Part shown: in pieces, positions 54,177 to 64,000 of the stretch
Numbering within the stretch: the first letter of the stretch is position 1
Layout of the letters: every line of letters starts with the position of its first letter
Assembly: GCA_051439605.1 (NCBI GenBank)
Contig: JBFRWN010000075.1
Span: 64,570 to 128,569, forward strand
Source: Synechococcus sp.
GTDB taxonomy: Bacteria > Cyanobacteriota > Cyanobacteriia > Thermostichales > PCC-7336
Length of the DNA: 64,000 bases
Direction: 5' to 3'
The notes under the pieces: generated by a model
What the model was told of the DNA's origin: nothing
Database searches by the model: none
Seen by the model: the letters and a program-made list of their open reading frames with translations, nothing else
Made by a program: the position numbers and the translations under genes

Positions 54177-54184
54177 CCAATCAC

Positions 54185-54202
54185 AGAGTAAACTTTTGTA
54201 AA
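54185..54202 (-). promoter_or_regulatory. HLR1-like (RpaB) site upstream of hli
   Basis: Minus strand TTTACAAA-AG-TTTACTCT versus (G/T)TTACA(T/A)(T/A)-N2 direct repeat. Confidence 0.5.
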
Positions 54203-54244
54203 ATATGAGGTGAAGCGTCCCTGCTCACTCCAATGAGGTTTCTG

Positions 54245-54397
54245 ATGTCCAACCCTAACTTCACCGAGCCCAAGTTTGGCTTCAATGATTATTGCGAAAG
54301 ATTAAACGGTCGTGCTGCCATGATTGGCTTCATCTTGGCAATTTTGATTGAGGCTGCCACTGGCAAAGGGGTCATGGCCTGGTTGGGTCTTATTTAG
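54245..54397 (+). CDS. hli: high-light-inducible protein (Hlip/SCP), 50 aa, not in ORF track
   Basis: MSNPNFTEPKFGFNDYCERLNGRAAMIGFILAILIEAATGKGVMAWLGLI, with the ExxNGRxAM chlorophyll-binding motif. GAGG RBS. Confidence 0.95.
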   Translation: MSNPNFTEPKFGFNDYCERLNGRAAMIGFILAILIEAATGKGVMAWLGLI

Positions 54398-54414
54398 ACA
54401 GTCAACTCAATATT

Positions 54415-54470
54415 GAATCCAAAAAGCGACGCTCTATCCTTATCTATAGGGGAGTGTCGCTTTTGGATTC
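54415..54470. terminator. long hairpin terminator after hli
   Basis: GAATCCAAAAAGCGAC ... GTCGCTTTTGGATTC. Confidence 0.75.
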
Positions 54471-54808
54471 TGAATATTCCTTGGACCGTCAATACAGAAA
54501 TTAGTGCAGAATGACTTACGTCCCTTCAATCCGATATGGCACTTTGATTGAATGTGACTTTGATGAATGCATAACTATACAACCAGTTAGCTGAAAATGA
54601 GAAATGCAGGATTGCGCCAAGTCCTAAAAAATGCGACATTCCTGCCACTCATGATTTTGAGGGGATATTCTTGCTAGAAAACCATAACGACCATCAAGTC
54701 TCTGAGGACATCTTAGCTATCCAGCACCTATTCAGGCATAGCCATGTTTGTCAACATAAACATCGCAACAGCGATAGGACGACCGTAGACAGTTGGGATG
54801 AAAATAAA

Positions 54809-55432
54809 ATGGCGCAAATGCAGTCGGTAAGAGTGGGCATTGGTGGCCCAGTTGGTTCGGGAAAAACAGCCTTGGTGGAAGCATTGTGCAAGCGGCTCCG
54901 ATCGCGGTTGTCGATCGCAGTGGTTACCAACGATATTTTTACCCGCGAAGATGCAGAGTTTCTGGTTCGGGCGGAAGCCCTATCCGCCGACCGGATCGTG
55001 GGGGTAGAGACAGGAGGATGCCCTCATACTGCAATTCGCGAAGATGCCTCCTTGAATTTAGACGCTATCGCCAAGCTAGAGCAACAGTTTAGTCCCTTGG
55101 ACTTAATTTTGGTGGAATCCGGTGGGGATAATTTGGCAGCCACCTTCAGCCCCGAGCTTGTTGATAGTTGCATTTACGTCATTGACGTGGCAGAGGGGGA
55201 CAAAATCCCCCGCAAAGGAGGACCTGGAATCACCCGATCGGACCTCCTCGTTATCAACAAAATTGATTTAGCCCCCTATGTCGGAGCCGACCTCGAGGTG
55301 ATGGCTCGCGATGCCAAGCGCATGCGTGGAAAGAAACCGTTTTTAATGACGAATTTGCGAGGGGGAGAAGGTCTAGATGAAATAATCGATTGGCTAAATC
55401 GTGAAGTGCTTTTTGCGCAGGCGGTTTTATAG
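54809..55432 (+). CDS. ureG: urease accessory GTPase UreG
   Basis: [50 protein letters not shown]. Confidence 0.96.
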   Translation: MAQMQSVRVGIGGPVGSGKTALVEALCKRLRSRLSIAVVTNDIFTREDAEFLVRAEALSADRIVGVETGGCPHTAIREDASLNLDAIAKLEQQFSPLDLILVESGGDNLAATFSPELVDSCIYVIDVAEGDKIPRKGGPGITRSDLLVINKIDLAPYVGADLEVMARDAKRMRGKKPFLMTNLRGGEGLDEIIDWLNREVLFAQAVL

Positions 55433-55433
55433 C

Positions 55434-56261
55434 GTGATTGCCAGCTTCCCCCCCAATCCAGAGGGTAACTCTTTGCGATCGACAAACTTGCCATCAACCA
55501 ACTTGGGGCGCGCGGAATTAATTGCATCAACCAGAGGAAACCGTACGGTCATTTCTCATCAATATTCCCGTGCCCCTCTACAGTGGCTGGGTCCTCTTGA
55601 CCCAGAAAGCGATTTCCAACAGCTCTATATCCGCAACCCCAATGGCGGGTTGTTGGGGGGAGATGCCCAATCGATATCGCTTCAATTACAGGAGATGGCA
55701 GCTGTTGAATTATGCACCCAAAGTGCCACCCGCATTCACCCTGGCTTATCTCGACAAAAGATCGACATTGAGCTTGAGGAGAACAGCAGCCTGATTTGGA
55801 TCGGGCATCCCGTCATTTTGGGGACAGGAACACAGTTTGAGCAAACGGTAACCGTCAAGTTAAGTAAAATGGCTCGTCTTGCCTACGCAGAGGTATGGGC
55901 AGCGGGACGGCTGGCTATGAGTCAAGAATTCACACCAGCAGGAGTAAGGGAACAGGAGAGATGGCGATTTAAACGCTTGTCTAATCGCATGAGGGTCGAT
56001 CGAGATGACTCTCCCCTGTTAAGAGAGGCAATTGCCTCAGACTATCCTCATGCGGCCCTCACCAGTGCAGGAGTATTAGGGAGTTATCTTTGCTGGGGTT
56101 CTTTATATCTTTTTGGGGATTGGCCCGAAATTGACTGGCCCGAGGACGAGTTTCAATGGTCTGTGGAGTCAGCAGCGGGCGATCGCATTTTGCGTCAGGT
56201 GGGCGATCGATCGATGGATATTTGGCATGCGTTTCAGGCTTGCGTGCCCAGAAACCGCTAG
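55434..56261 (+). CDS. ureD: urease accessory protein UreD
   Basis: HQYSRAPL, NPNGGLLGGD, TQSATRI, P.I...T.FEQ, E...AGR. Directly follows ureG; start uncertain. Confidence 0.85.
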   Translation: MIASFPPNPEGNSLRSTNLPSTNLGRAELIASTRGNRTVISHQYSRAPLQWLGPLDPESDFQQLYIRNPNGGLLGGDAQSISLQLQEMAAVELCTQSATRIHPGLSRQKIDIELEENSSLIWIGHPVILGTGTQFEQTVTVKLSKMARLAYAEVWAAGRLAMSQEFTPAGVREQERWRFKRLSNRMRVDRDDSPLLREAIASDYPHAALTSAGVLGSYLCWGSLYLFGDWPEIDWPEDEFQWSVESAAGDRILRQVGDRSMDIWHAFQACVPRNR

Positions 56262-56451
56262 AAGCTGTATAGATTCTATGGGAATAGTGATTGGGACGGG
56301 CGAAGATCACTCGATATTTTTGATGCCTATCGGAGATGAATCTGCTGAGCATTACTTGCTTTGATCCATCGAGATAAGCTCACGCCCGTGCTATGGAGAC
56401 GCTCAAGGATTTAATCGGCAATACTATTGCCCTTCGATTTTGTTACTTCCA

Positions 56452-56934
56452 TTAGTTACTGAAGTTACTGGTTACCGAGAGGCCTAAAGACCATAGCGAA
56501 CATCCTAAATAATAAGCCGCCAAGAAAGGAAGGGACAGTCCGATAGCGACAAGGTAAAAGGGCGTCAAAAGTGAATCACCTATTTTAGCTACAGATGAAA
56601 CCCCTTGGTCTACATAGTCATCCTCAAAAACCAGCTTAGATTCCGGGCCAAAATCTACCTGCATGTCGAGCTCCAAAGGACTTGCTACTTCACAATGCCC
56701 TTCTTCTGTATAAAAACGATCAGCCGAACTGTTTTTTGCTGGAAAACCTAAAGAATTGGTTGATGACAGGTGGGTGAGCAAAGCAAACAAAGGGTTCCCG
56801 GAATGATCGTTTAGTCCAAACATGAATAACCCGAGGAACCAGTTACCGGGGTTGGTGGGATCGTTAGCTGGCGATCCCACCAGGGCGAGCGCCAAGGGTT
56901 TTAGATGATTGCCTCGCAATACTGTAACTCCCAA
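56452..56934 (-). CDS. hypothetical protein with C-terminal hydrophobic segment
   Basis: 160-aa ORF co-directional with gpx. No family recognised; start uncertain. Confidence 0.4.
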   Translation of the reverse strand: MGVTVLRGNHLKPLALALVGSPANDPTNPGNWFLGLFMFGLNDHSGNPLFALLTHLSSTNSLGFPAKNSSADRFYTEEGHCEVASPLELDMQVDFGPESKLVFEDDYVDQGVSSVAKIGDSLLTPFYLVAIGLSLPFLAAYYLGCSLWSLGLSVTSNFSN

Positions 56935-56958
56935 AGAAAGTGTTGGGCAGTAAAGACC

Positions 56959-57435
56959 TTAGAGAACCTCTGCTACTGCTTTTTCAAGGCTCTCGGGACT
57001 ATCGTTTGAGCCAAAGCGCTTCACAACCTTCCCTGATTTATCCACTAAGAACTTGGTGAAGTTCCACTTGATGGCTTCAGTACCTAGAAAACCCTTTTGT
57101 TCGGACTTGAGGTATTTGAACAGGGGATCGGCATTGCCACCATTGACATCCACTTTAGAGAACATGGGGAAGGTGACATCATAATTTAGGGAACAAAACT
57201 CTTTGATTTCAGCCTCAGTACCTGGCTCCTGCGACCCGAACTGATTGCAGGGGAAGCCCAACACATCAAAGCCCTGCTCGTGATATTTGCGATACAAAGC
57301 CTCCAATCCCTTGTACTGAGGAGTGAAGCCGCACTTGCTCGCAACATTGACGATCAGTAGTGCGCGATCGCGAAATTCACCCATCGATTTAGATTCGCCA
57401 TCGATGGTGGTAGCGGTGTAGTCGTAAATACTCAT
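56959..57435 (-). CDS. gpx: glutathione peroxidase-like (Cys type)
   Basis: LIVNVASKCGFTPQY, LGFPCNQFGSQEPG, IKWNFTKFLVD. Start ATG 57435. Confidence 0.95.
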   Translation of the reverse strand: MSIYDYTATTIDGESKSMGEFRDRALLIVNVASKCGFTPQYKGLEALYRKYHEQGFDVLGFPCNQFGSQEPGTEAEIKEFCSLNYDVTFPMFSKVDVNGGNADPLFKYLKSEQKGFLGTEAIKWNFTKFLVDKSGKVVKRFGSNDSPESLEKAVAEVL

Positions 57436-57542
57436 GAATGCATGCAGAAACGCTTCTTCATAATTGCTAACACACCATGTCAGCCTTTGCTGAGTTTTGT
57501 TAAGGTGGCTTGAACCCTGACAGTCTCTCACAAACACTAAAG

Positions 57543-59198
<1,656 letters not shown>

Positions 59199-59463
59199 TC
59201 AGCACTTAACTCACCGATTATAGAAGCGTAGGCTCTTTGGAGCTAGAGATTAGAACCTTGTGTTTGAGAGTGGGCGAACGCAAACACTCGCGTTCCTGAA
59301 ACTATTAAAGGCGTTTCGCCCCATGCCCCCCCACGTTAGACTGCGGATATTGAAGATGAGTTTCTAGAGGGATGCTGAGTCAAACTTGATGCAAGATTGA
59401 GAAGGCAGACAACCCATGAACCGTCGGATAGGCTGGGCAAAACATCTGAAGGTTCAGGTTCGG

Positions 59464-60666
59464 ATGCTGGACACGTTGAAATTGGCAGCACAGATGGGGG
59501 CGGTAGCGGAACACCTGCAACAGGAGGAGATCGCCAACCGCAGCCGCCTCGAACGCGTTCTAGAAGTTTTTGCCTCAGCCTGCAACAATCCCCAGCCCTG
59601 GATCGGCCGCCATAACAGCGACCCCAAGCATTTATGGTTTCATCCCGCCCTTCCCGTTGAAGACCTAACCGTGAAGCAGACAATTGAGCCATTAGAGACC
59701 GCCCATGTAGCGATCGCCACCGATGGTTCGCAGATCGCCCCCAGCCATCACGAAGTGGCCTACTGCTCGTTAATCAATGTGGGGCGTGTAGTAATCGACT
59801 ATGGCGGGAAACGAATGCCGCTGCTGGACAGCATTCCACAGGTGTTTTACCGCTCGGAAGACCTGAATCACGGTCGCCCCCCCGGTGTCAGTGCAGAAAG
59901 CATTCTGGCGTTGCGACGCACCCAAGCAGAGCTAGAGGAATTAACGGCATTGGCGCTGGAATGGCATCGGAAAAGCTGTCCGGCAATCGCGCTGGCTGAC
60001 GGAGCCCTAATCCACTGGGGGTTAGATGTCTTACCCAGTGACTGGCACCAGCAATGGATGGATCCGTTGCTGACCTGTTATGAGCTGCTACGGAAAAAAA
60101 AGATTCCCATTGTGGGCTATGTCAGCTCTAGTCGCAGTGGAGAAATGCTGAACTACCTCAGGTTAGGATTGTGTCCGTTTGAAAGCTGCGTGTGCAATAC
60201 AAATTGCAGCGATATACAGCTAAGGAACGCCCCCTGTGCCCCCTACGAATCGAACAAAGACGGGAGGCGTTCGCCGAGCGACACCGTATTGTGGTCGCAG
60301 ATGTTAGCCGCTGGAGAGCGCAGCCCGCTATGGCGCAGTCAAGTCAGGCTACTGGAAACCTACGGTCGCCATCGCATTTACTTCTGCTATCTGAATGTAG
60401 GGGCAGAGGTCGCGCGGGTGGAGTTCCCGGAGTGGGTAGCCAAAGACAGCGACCTACTGGAGCGTTCGTTGGGAGCGGTCTTGATGCAGGTACAGAGAGG
60501 CACAGGCTACCCATTGGTATTGGCCGAAGCCCATCATTTAGCAGTAGTGCGACGCGGCGATCGCCAGAGATTTTTTGCCTTGCTACAGCGGGAAATCGAG
60601 AAAGCGGGTCTACCCAAGCGAACGGTGTCTTTGAAAGAAGCAAACAAGCAAACCGGATTTGCCTGA
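59464..60666 (+). CDS. nurA: NurA-domain nuclease
   Basis: ATDGSQIAP.HHE, LADGAL, EVARVEFPEW, GYPLVLAEAHHLAVV. Confidence 0.88.
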   Translation: MLDTLKLAAQMGAVAEHLQQEEIANRSRLERVLEVFASACNNPQPWIGRHNSDPKHLWFHPALPVEDLTVKQTIEPLETAHVAIATDGSQIAPSHHEVAYCSLINVGRVVIDYGGKRMPLLDSIPQVFYRSEDLNHGRPPGVSAESILALRRTQAELEELTALALEWHRKSCPAIALADGALIHWGLDVLPSDWHQQWMDPLLTCYELLRKKKIPIVGYVSSSRSGEMLNYLRLGLCPFESCVCNTNCSDIQLRNAPCAPYESNKDGRRSPSDTVLWSQMLAAGERSPLWRSQVRLLETYGRHRIYFCYLNVGAEVARVEFPEWVAKDSDLLERSLGAVLMQVQRGTGYPLVLAEAHHLAVVRRGDRQRFFALLQREIEKAGLPKRTVSLKEANKQTGFA

Positions 60667-60807
60667 AGTAAGGCACAGCATCACCAGAAGCAGCAATCGG
60701 GTGGGATCCATCTTCTCCACTGGTTCCCATCCAAAAACAACATCCCATAGGCCTCTTAACCAATTTGCAAAAAACCGTCCCCGCACCCGCATGGGGCCTC
60801 TCGGAGG

Positions 60808-60870
60808 GTTCCAAGGGACGCGGATTGTCCCTCTATAGGGGGGCAGGAGGGGGCGCAGCCGCTCCCTCGC
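60808..60870. repeat. GC-rich REP-like double hairpin
   Basis: GGGTTCCAAGGGAC..GTCCCT and GAGGGGGCG-CAGC-CGCTCCCTC, between convergent genes. Confidence 0.45.
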
Positions 60871-61008
60871 AATCTCTCAACGCTAGTAAAATCGATGAAG
60901 CCGCAAACTCCCAGAAACAAACCCAAATAACTCGAACAGCAACACAACCTTCGCCTAAAGGTATGACCAGCAGGTAGATAAGTCCGTCATGTAGCTACAC
61001 AATTCGAA

Positions 61009-61680
61009 TTAACTCAAAATAAGCGAAAACAAACCACACAACGCAATACCATCAAACACCCCCGCCCCCCCAATACTCATCACCCCCGGAGACATCGACT
61101 GCAACTGATTTAGATGTAACAAATCCGCCCCAATCAACGTCCCCAATACCCCTCCCGCAAACGCTACTGGAGCAGCATGACTAACCAGTAATGAGGCGGA
61201 GATAGCAGCTGTAATCGGCGGCAACAGGGGATTGATTTGCACACCAATACCTGGTACCACCTGAGACGCAAAATAGCTAACCACCGTCACCAAAGCAATG
61301 ACGGTAACAATCGCCCAAAAAGGAGCCTGCGTGAACTGATAAAGAGCAATCAAAACGGGAATCAGCCCCCCACCCACGTTGAGAGCCACAACGGTCGTGC
61401 GACGAATGTAATGAATGGGAAACCCCCAAAATTGTCGCCCCCAAAAGTCGTGGAATCGCTCTATTGAGGGTTCTGGCGTCACCGACTGAGTGCGATAGAG
61501 GGGGATATTGATAGTTCCACAAATGAAGATCGAAAACAATAGTAGAGTCCCGATGATGGGAGAAAATCCTAGCTTGGCAGCAGCCACCGTGACCACATCA
61601 AACGTCAACGCCAGTACGAGAATGGGCAATGACAACAACAGAATCAGAAAGAGTATTGCAGATACCGGTAAATAAATCAC
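61009..61680 (-). CDS. DUF1614 family membrane protein
   Basis: G.INIP, ALNVGGGLIP, VPGIG, GTLIGADLL, SIGGAGVFDGI. Confidence 0.9.
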   Translation of the reverse strand: MIYLPVSAILFLILLLSLPILVLALTFDVVTVAAAKLGFSPIIGTLLLFSIFICGTINIPLYRTQSVTPEPSIERFHDFWGRQFWGFPIHYIRRTTVVALNVGGGLIPVLIALYQFTQAPFWAIVTVIALVTVVSYFASQVVPGIGVQINPLLPPITAAISASLLVSHAAPVAFAGGVLGTLIGADLLHLNQLQSMSPGVMSIGGAGVFDGIALCGLFSLILS

Positions 61681-61922
61681 GCTACCGACTCTCTAGACCT
61701 GCTTTCATCTTAGGTCTGTTGGTGGGAAGCTTGGGTGCGGAAACTGGCAGGTTGAATACCGAACCCTAATCTTGCTAGCACTAGTAGGGGGAATTAGCTG
61801 AGCCGATGGAACATGAAAGCTAGTGATACAAGGAGTTAGAAATCGATCGCCCTTCAGGGCTTGTACAGTGGGGGGAGCCATACCTGTGTATGGTGGTGGC
61901 TAGACCCATGGCACTTGCAGGC

Positions 61923-62738
61923 ATGAACGCTTCATTTTGGACAAACGTACTCGACCTTTCAAAGGAGAGTAGCGCCCGCATTGGCAAGCAGCTGATGCAA
62001 GACTTTGCCCAAGTGCAGGCTCGGACGAAGGACGATGGCAGCCTCGTCACCCAGTCAGATGAATGGGCCGATCGCGAATTGCGGGAGGCAATTTCCCAGC
62101 AGTTTCCCGAGCACGGGCTGCTGACGGAAGAAGGCGATCGGATCTTTCCAGGCACCGACTGGTGTTGGGCGATCGACCCGATTGATGGAACCAACAATTT
62201 TGCCCGAGGGATACCTGTCTGGGGCATCTCGATGGCGTTGATGTATCGCGGGACCCCCGTTTTTGGTTATCTGAATATCCCTCCCCTCAACCAAAGCTTT
62301 TACGGCTATTACCAAGCAAAGCCCACGCTGCTGACACTGCCCCCCAACAGCGCCTACATGAACGATCGCCCCATTCACCCCAGTGCTGACCCCATCACCC
62401 GCCACCACTTTTTTAGCGTCTGTTCCCGCAGTTGGGCAGCGGTATCAAAAATCCCCTGCAAGCGACGTATGTTGGGGGCAGCAGCCTACAATCTTGCGTC
62501 GGTTGCCTTGGGCAGCACTCTGGGGGCACTGGAAGCCACCCCAAAAGTTTGGGATATTGCGGCAGTTTGGGCGATCGTTAATGGAGCTGGTGCAACGTGG
62601 TTCCCGCTGGATGGCAAAGACATCTTCCCCCTCGAACCCGGTCAAGATTATGTTTCCACTTCCTACCCAACATTGGTGGCTAGTCGACCCGAACTGGTTT
62701 CGCGGTTCAAAGAAGCGATCGTGACCTCTAAGCTCTAG
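61923..62738 (+). CDS. inositol monophosphatase family protein
   Basis: K.DGSLVT.SD, LTEE, WAIDPIDGTNNF, KVWDIAA. Confidence 0.92.
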   Translation: MNASFWTNVLDLSKESSARIGKQLMQDFAQVQARTKDDGSLVTQSDEWADRELREAISQQFPEHGLLTEEGDRIFPGTDWCWAIDPIDGTNNFARGIPVWGISMALMYRGTPVFGYLNIPPLNQSFYGYYQAKPTLLTLPPNSAYMNDRPIHPSADPITRHHFFSVCSRSWAAVSKIPCKRRMLGAAAYNLASVALGSTLGALEATPKVWDIAAVWAIVNGAGATWFPLDGKDIFPLEPGQDYVSTSYPTLVASRPELVSRFKEAIVTSKL

Positions 62739-62914
62739 TACGTCTACATTTCTAATAAATCATGTCTGTTGAACCGATCGAGGACAGTGCCAAGATTTTC
62801 CATCGGTGTCAATAGCAACAACTACGTTTGCTTCATCAGACGTTAATGCAGGATTTTTATACGGAGGGCAGGGTAGCCTTACAACAATTGTCGCTAGTTT
62901 GGCCTCGCATATTC

Positions 62915-63805
62915 ATGACTGCACTTCCTTCAGCGAATACAGCCGAACCAAATCCTTTTAAACATTATTTCAAGTTTCGCTATTTGCTGCTCTATTTTCT
63001 CGGAATATCAATTTCTCTGGGCATGGTTGTGTCGTTCTATTCGGCTATGGTTGCGAGCGATGCAGTGCCTCCTCACCTTTTGCTGATTCTTAATGCAGTA
63101 GTGATGATCTTGATGAGCCTACTGCTGCTGAATCAGATGCATGACTATAACATGCCTGTGGATGCATTGTTAGGGGGGTGGCCTAAATTACGAAGTTGGT
63201 GGGTGCTGGTAATGGTGCTGCCCGTGATGCTGTTCTCGTTAGGCTCTGGCCAACTCTATTTCTACTTGGTGGCACAGCTTTTTCCAGATGTGTCCGAGAC
63301 TCTATTCAACAGTCCAATCGAAATATCGACATCTGGCAACCCCCTTTGGAAAACATTGTTGTCTACGTTTGCAATTGCAGCCGTTGCTCCCTTTACAGAA
63401 GAGTTTGTATTTCGTGGGATTTTGCTACATCGCTGGGCTGCCAAGTTAGGGATCGTTCCCGCAGCGATCTGTTCCTCGTTGTTGTTTGGTTTATTACATC
63501 CCAATCCAGTTGGTTTGTCTGTTTTTGGTTTAGCGATCTCGTTGATTTATTTAAGAACAAGATCGCTGTGGATGGCGATCGCCTTTCACGCCATTAATAA
63601 TGGAACTGTTGTAGTTCTAGAGCTACTTTCCAGTTCAGCTACAACGTTCGAACCAGTCGATATTCAGCAACAGCTATCTTTAGCATGGAAATTCGGCTGT
63701 CTGCTAGTGGCCCTTTCGTCTCCTTTTATTCTGTTATTTTTTCAACAATATTGGCCAAAGAGAACAATGCTAATGCCTTATCTGGCCAATAGAAATCATA
63801 GTTGA
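62915..63805 (+). CDS. CPBP-family intramembrane metalloprotease
   Basis: APFTEEFVFRG, FGLLH, HAINN; multiple TM segments. Confidence 0.9.
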   Translation: MTALPSANTAEPNPFKHYFKFRYLLLYFLGISISLGMVVSFYSAMVASDAVPPHLLLILNAVVMILMSLLLLNQMHDYNMPVDALLGGWPKLRSWWVLVMVLPVMLFSLGSGQLYFYLVAQLFPDVSETLFNSPIEISTSGNPLWKTLLSTFAIAAVAPFTEEFVFRGILLHRWAAKLGIVPAAICSSLLFGLLHPNPVGLSVFGLAISLIYLRTRSLWMAIAFHAINNGTVVVLELLSSSATTFEPVDIQQQLSLAWKFGCLLVALSSPFILLFFQQYWPKRTMLMPYLANRNHS

Positions 63806-64000
63806 CTAAATGCTTGTCTATAGCAATCCTATATCATTCGTAAATTATCAATAGTGTCATAATCAAACTATAGATCAATGGCACTGAAATAAAGGCATAG
63901 AGAAAGGCTCAACGGCCGGATGTGAAAGGATCGCAGCCAGAAGAGCCCCAAACGAATTGTCCCCACTATGCCGAATCGAGCCGAGATCCTCAAGCAGAAA

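Noticed and set aside
56959..57435. Selenoprotein glutathione peroxidase
   Set aside because: The active-site codon encodes Cys (ASKCG); there is no in-frame TGA.
62915..63805. Abortive-infection defence gene
   Set aside because: The Abi label on CPBP proteases is historical; this is an ordinary intramembrane protease in core context.

Overview
A mostly core-genome window from a cyanobacterium. Evidence: many HIP1 GCGATCGC octamers, plus prk, a psbQ-like gene, hli, cyAbrB, Tab2 and cyanobacterial gshA. It contains about 55 protein genes, including aspS (partial), trpS, hisB, pyrG, prk, rbfA, clpS, ureG/ureD, cbiX, codA, egtD, dps, gpx, a SelD fusion, a SNF2-SWIM pair, NurA, several glycan-active genes and an atypical P450. 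I found three genes that the ORF track does not show: a probable 6S RNA (ssaA) upstream of cbiX, a Yfr2-family sRNA and a 50-aa high-light-inducible protein. No transposase, integrase, tRNA, rRNA or CRISPR array was seen. Most notable observations: (i) an HspR-type heat-shock repressor with two tandem HAIR-like operators over its own promoter, back-to-back with the Yfr2 gene, whose promoter carries a perfect palindrome; (ii) a 329-bp chimeric relic in which a URC1-type GTP cyclohydrolase II gene is fused to the 3' end of upp, apparently an operon collapsed by two deletions, one at a HIP1-like microhomology; (iii) two tandem paralogues built from degenerate MshEN-like (possibly c-di-GMP-binding) motifs; (iv) a compact DUF4347-polysaccharide lyase fusion with a structured upstream region. 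All family assignments come from motif recognition by eye; no database search was run.
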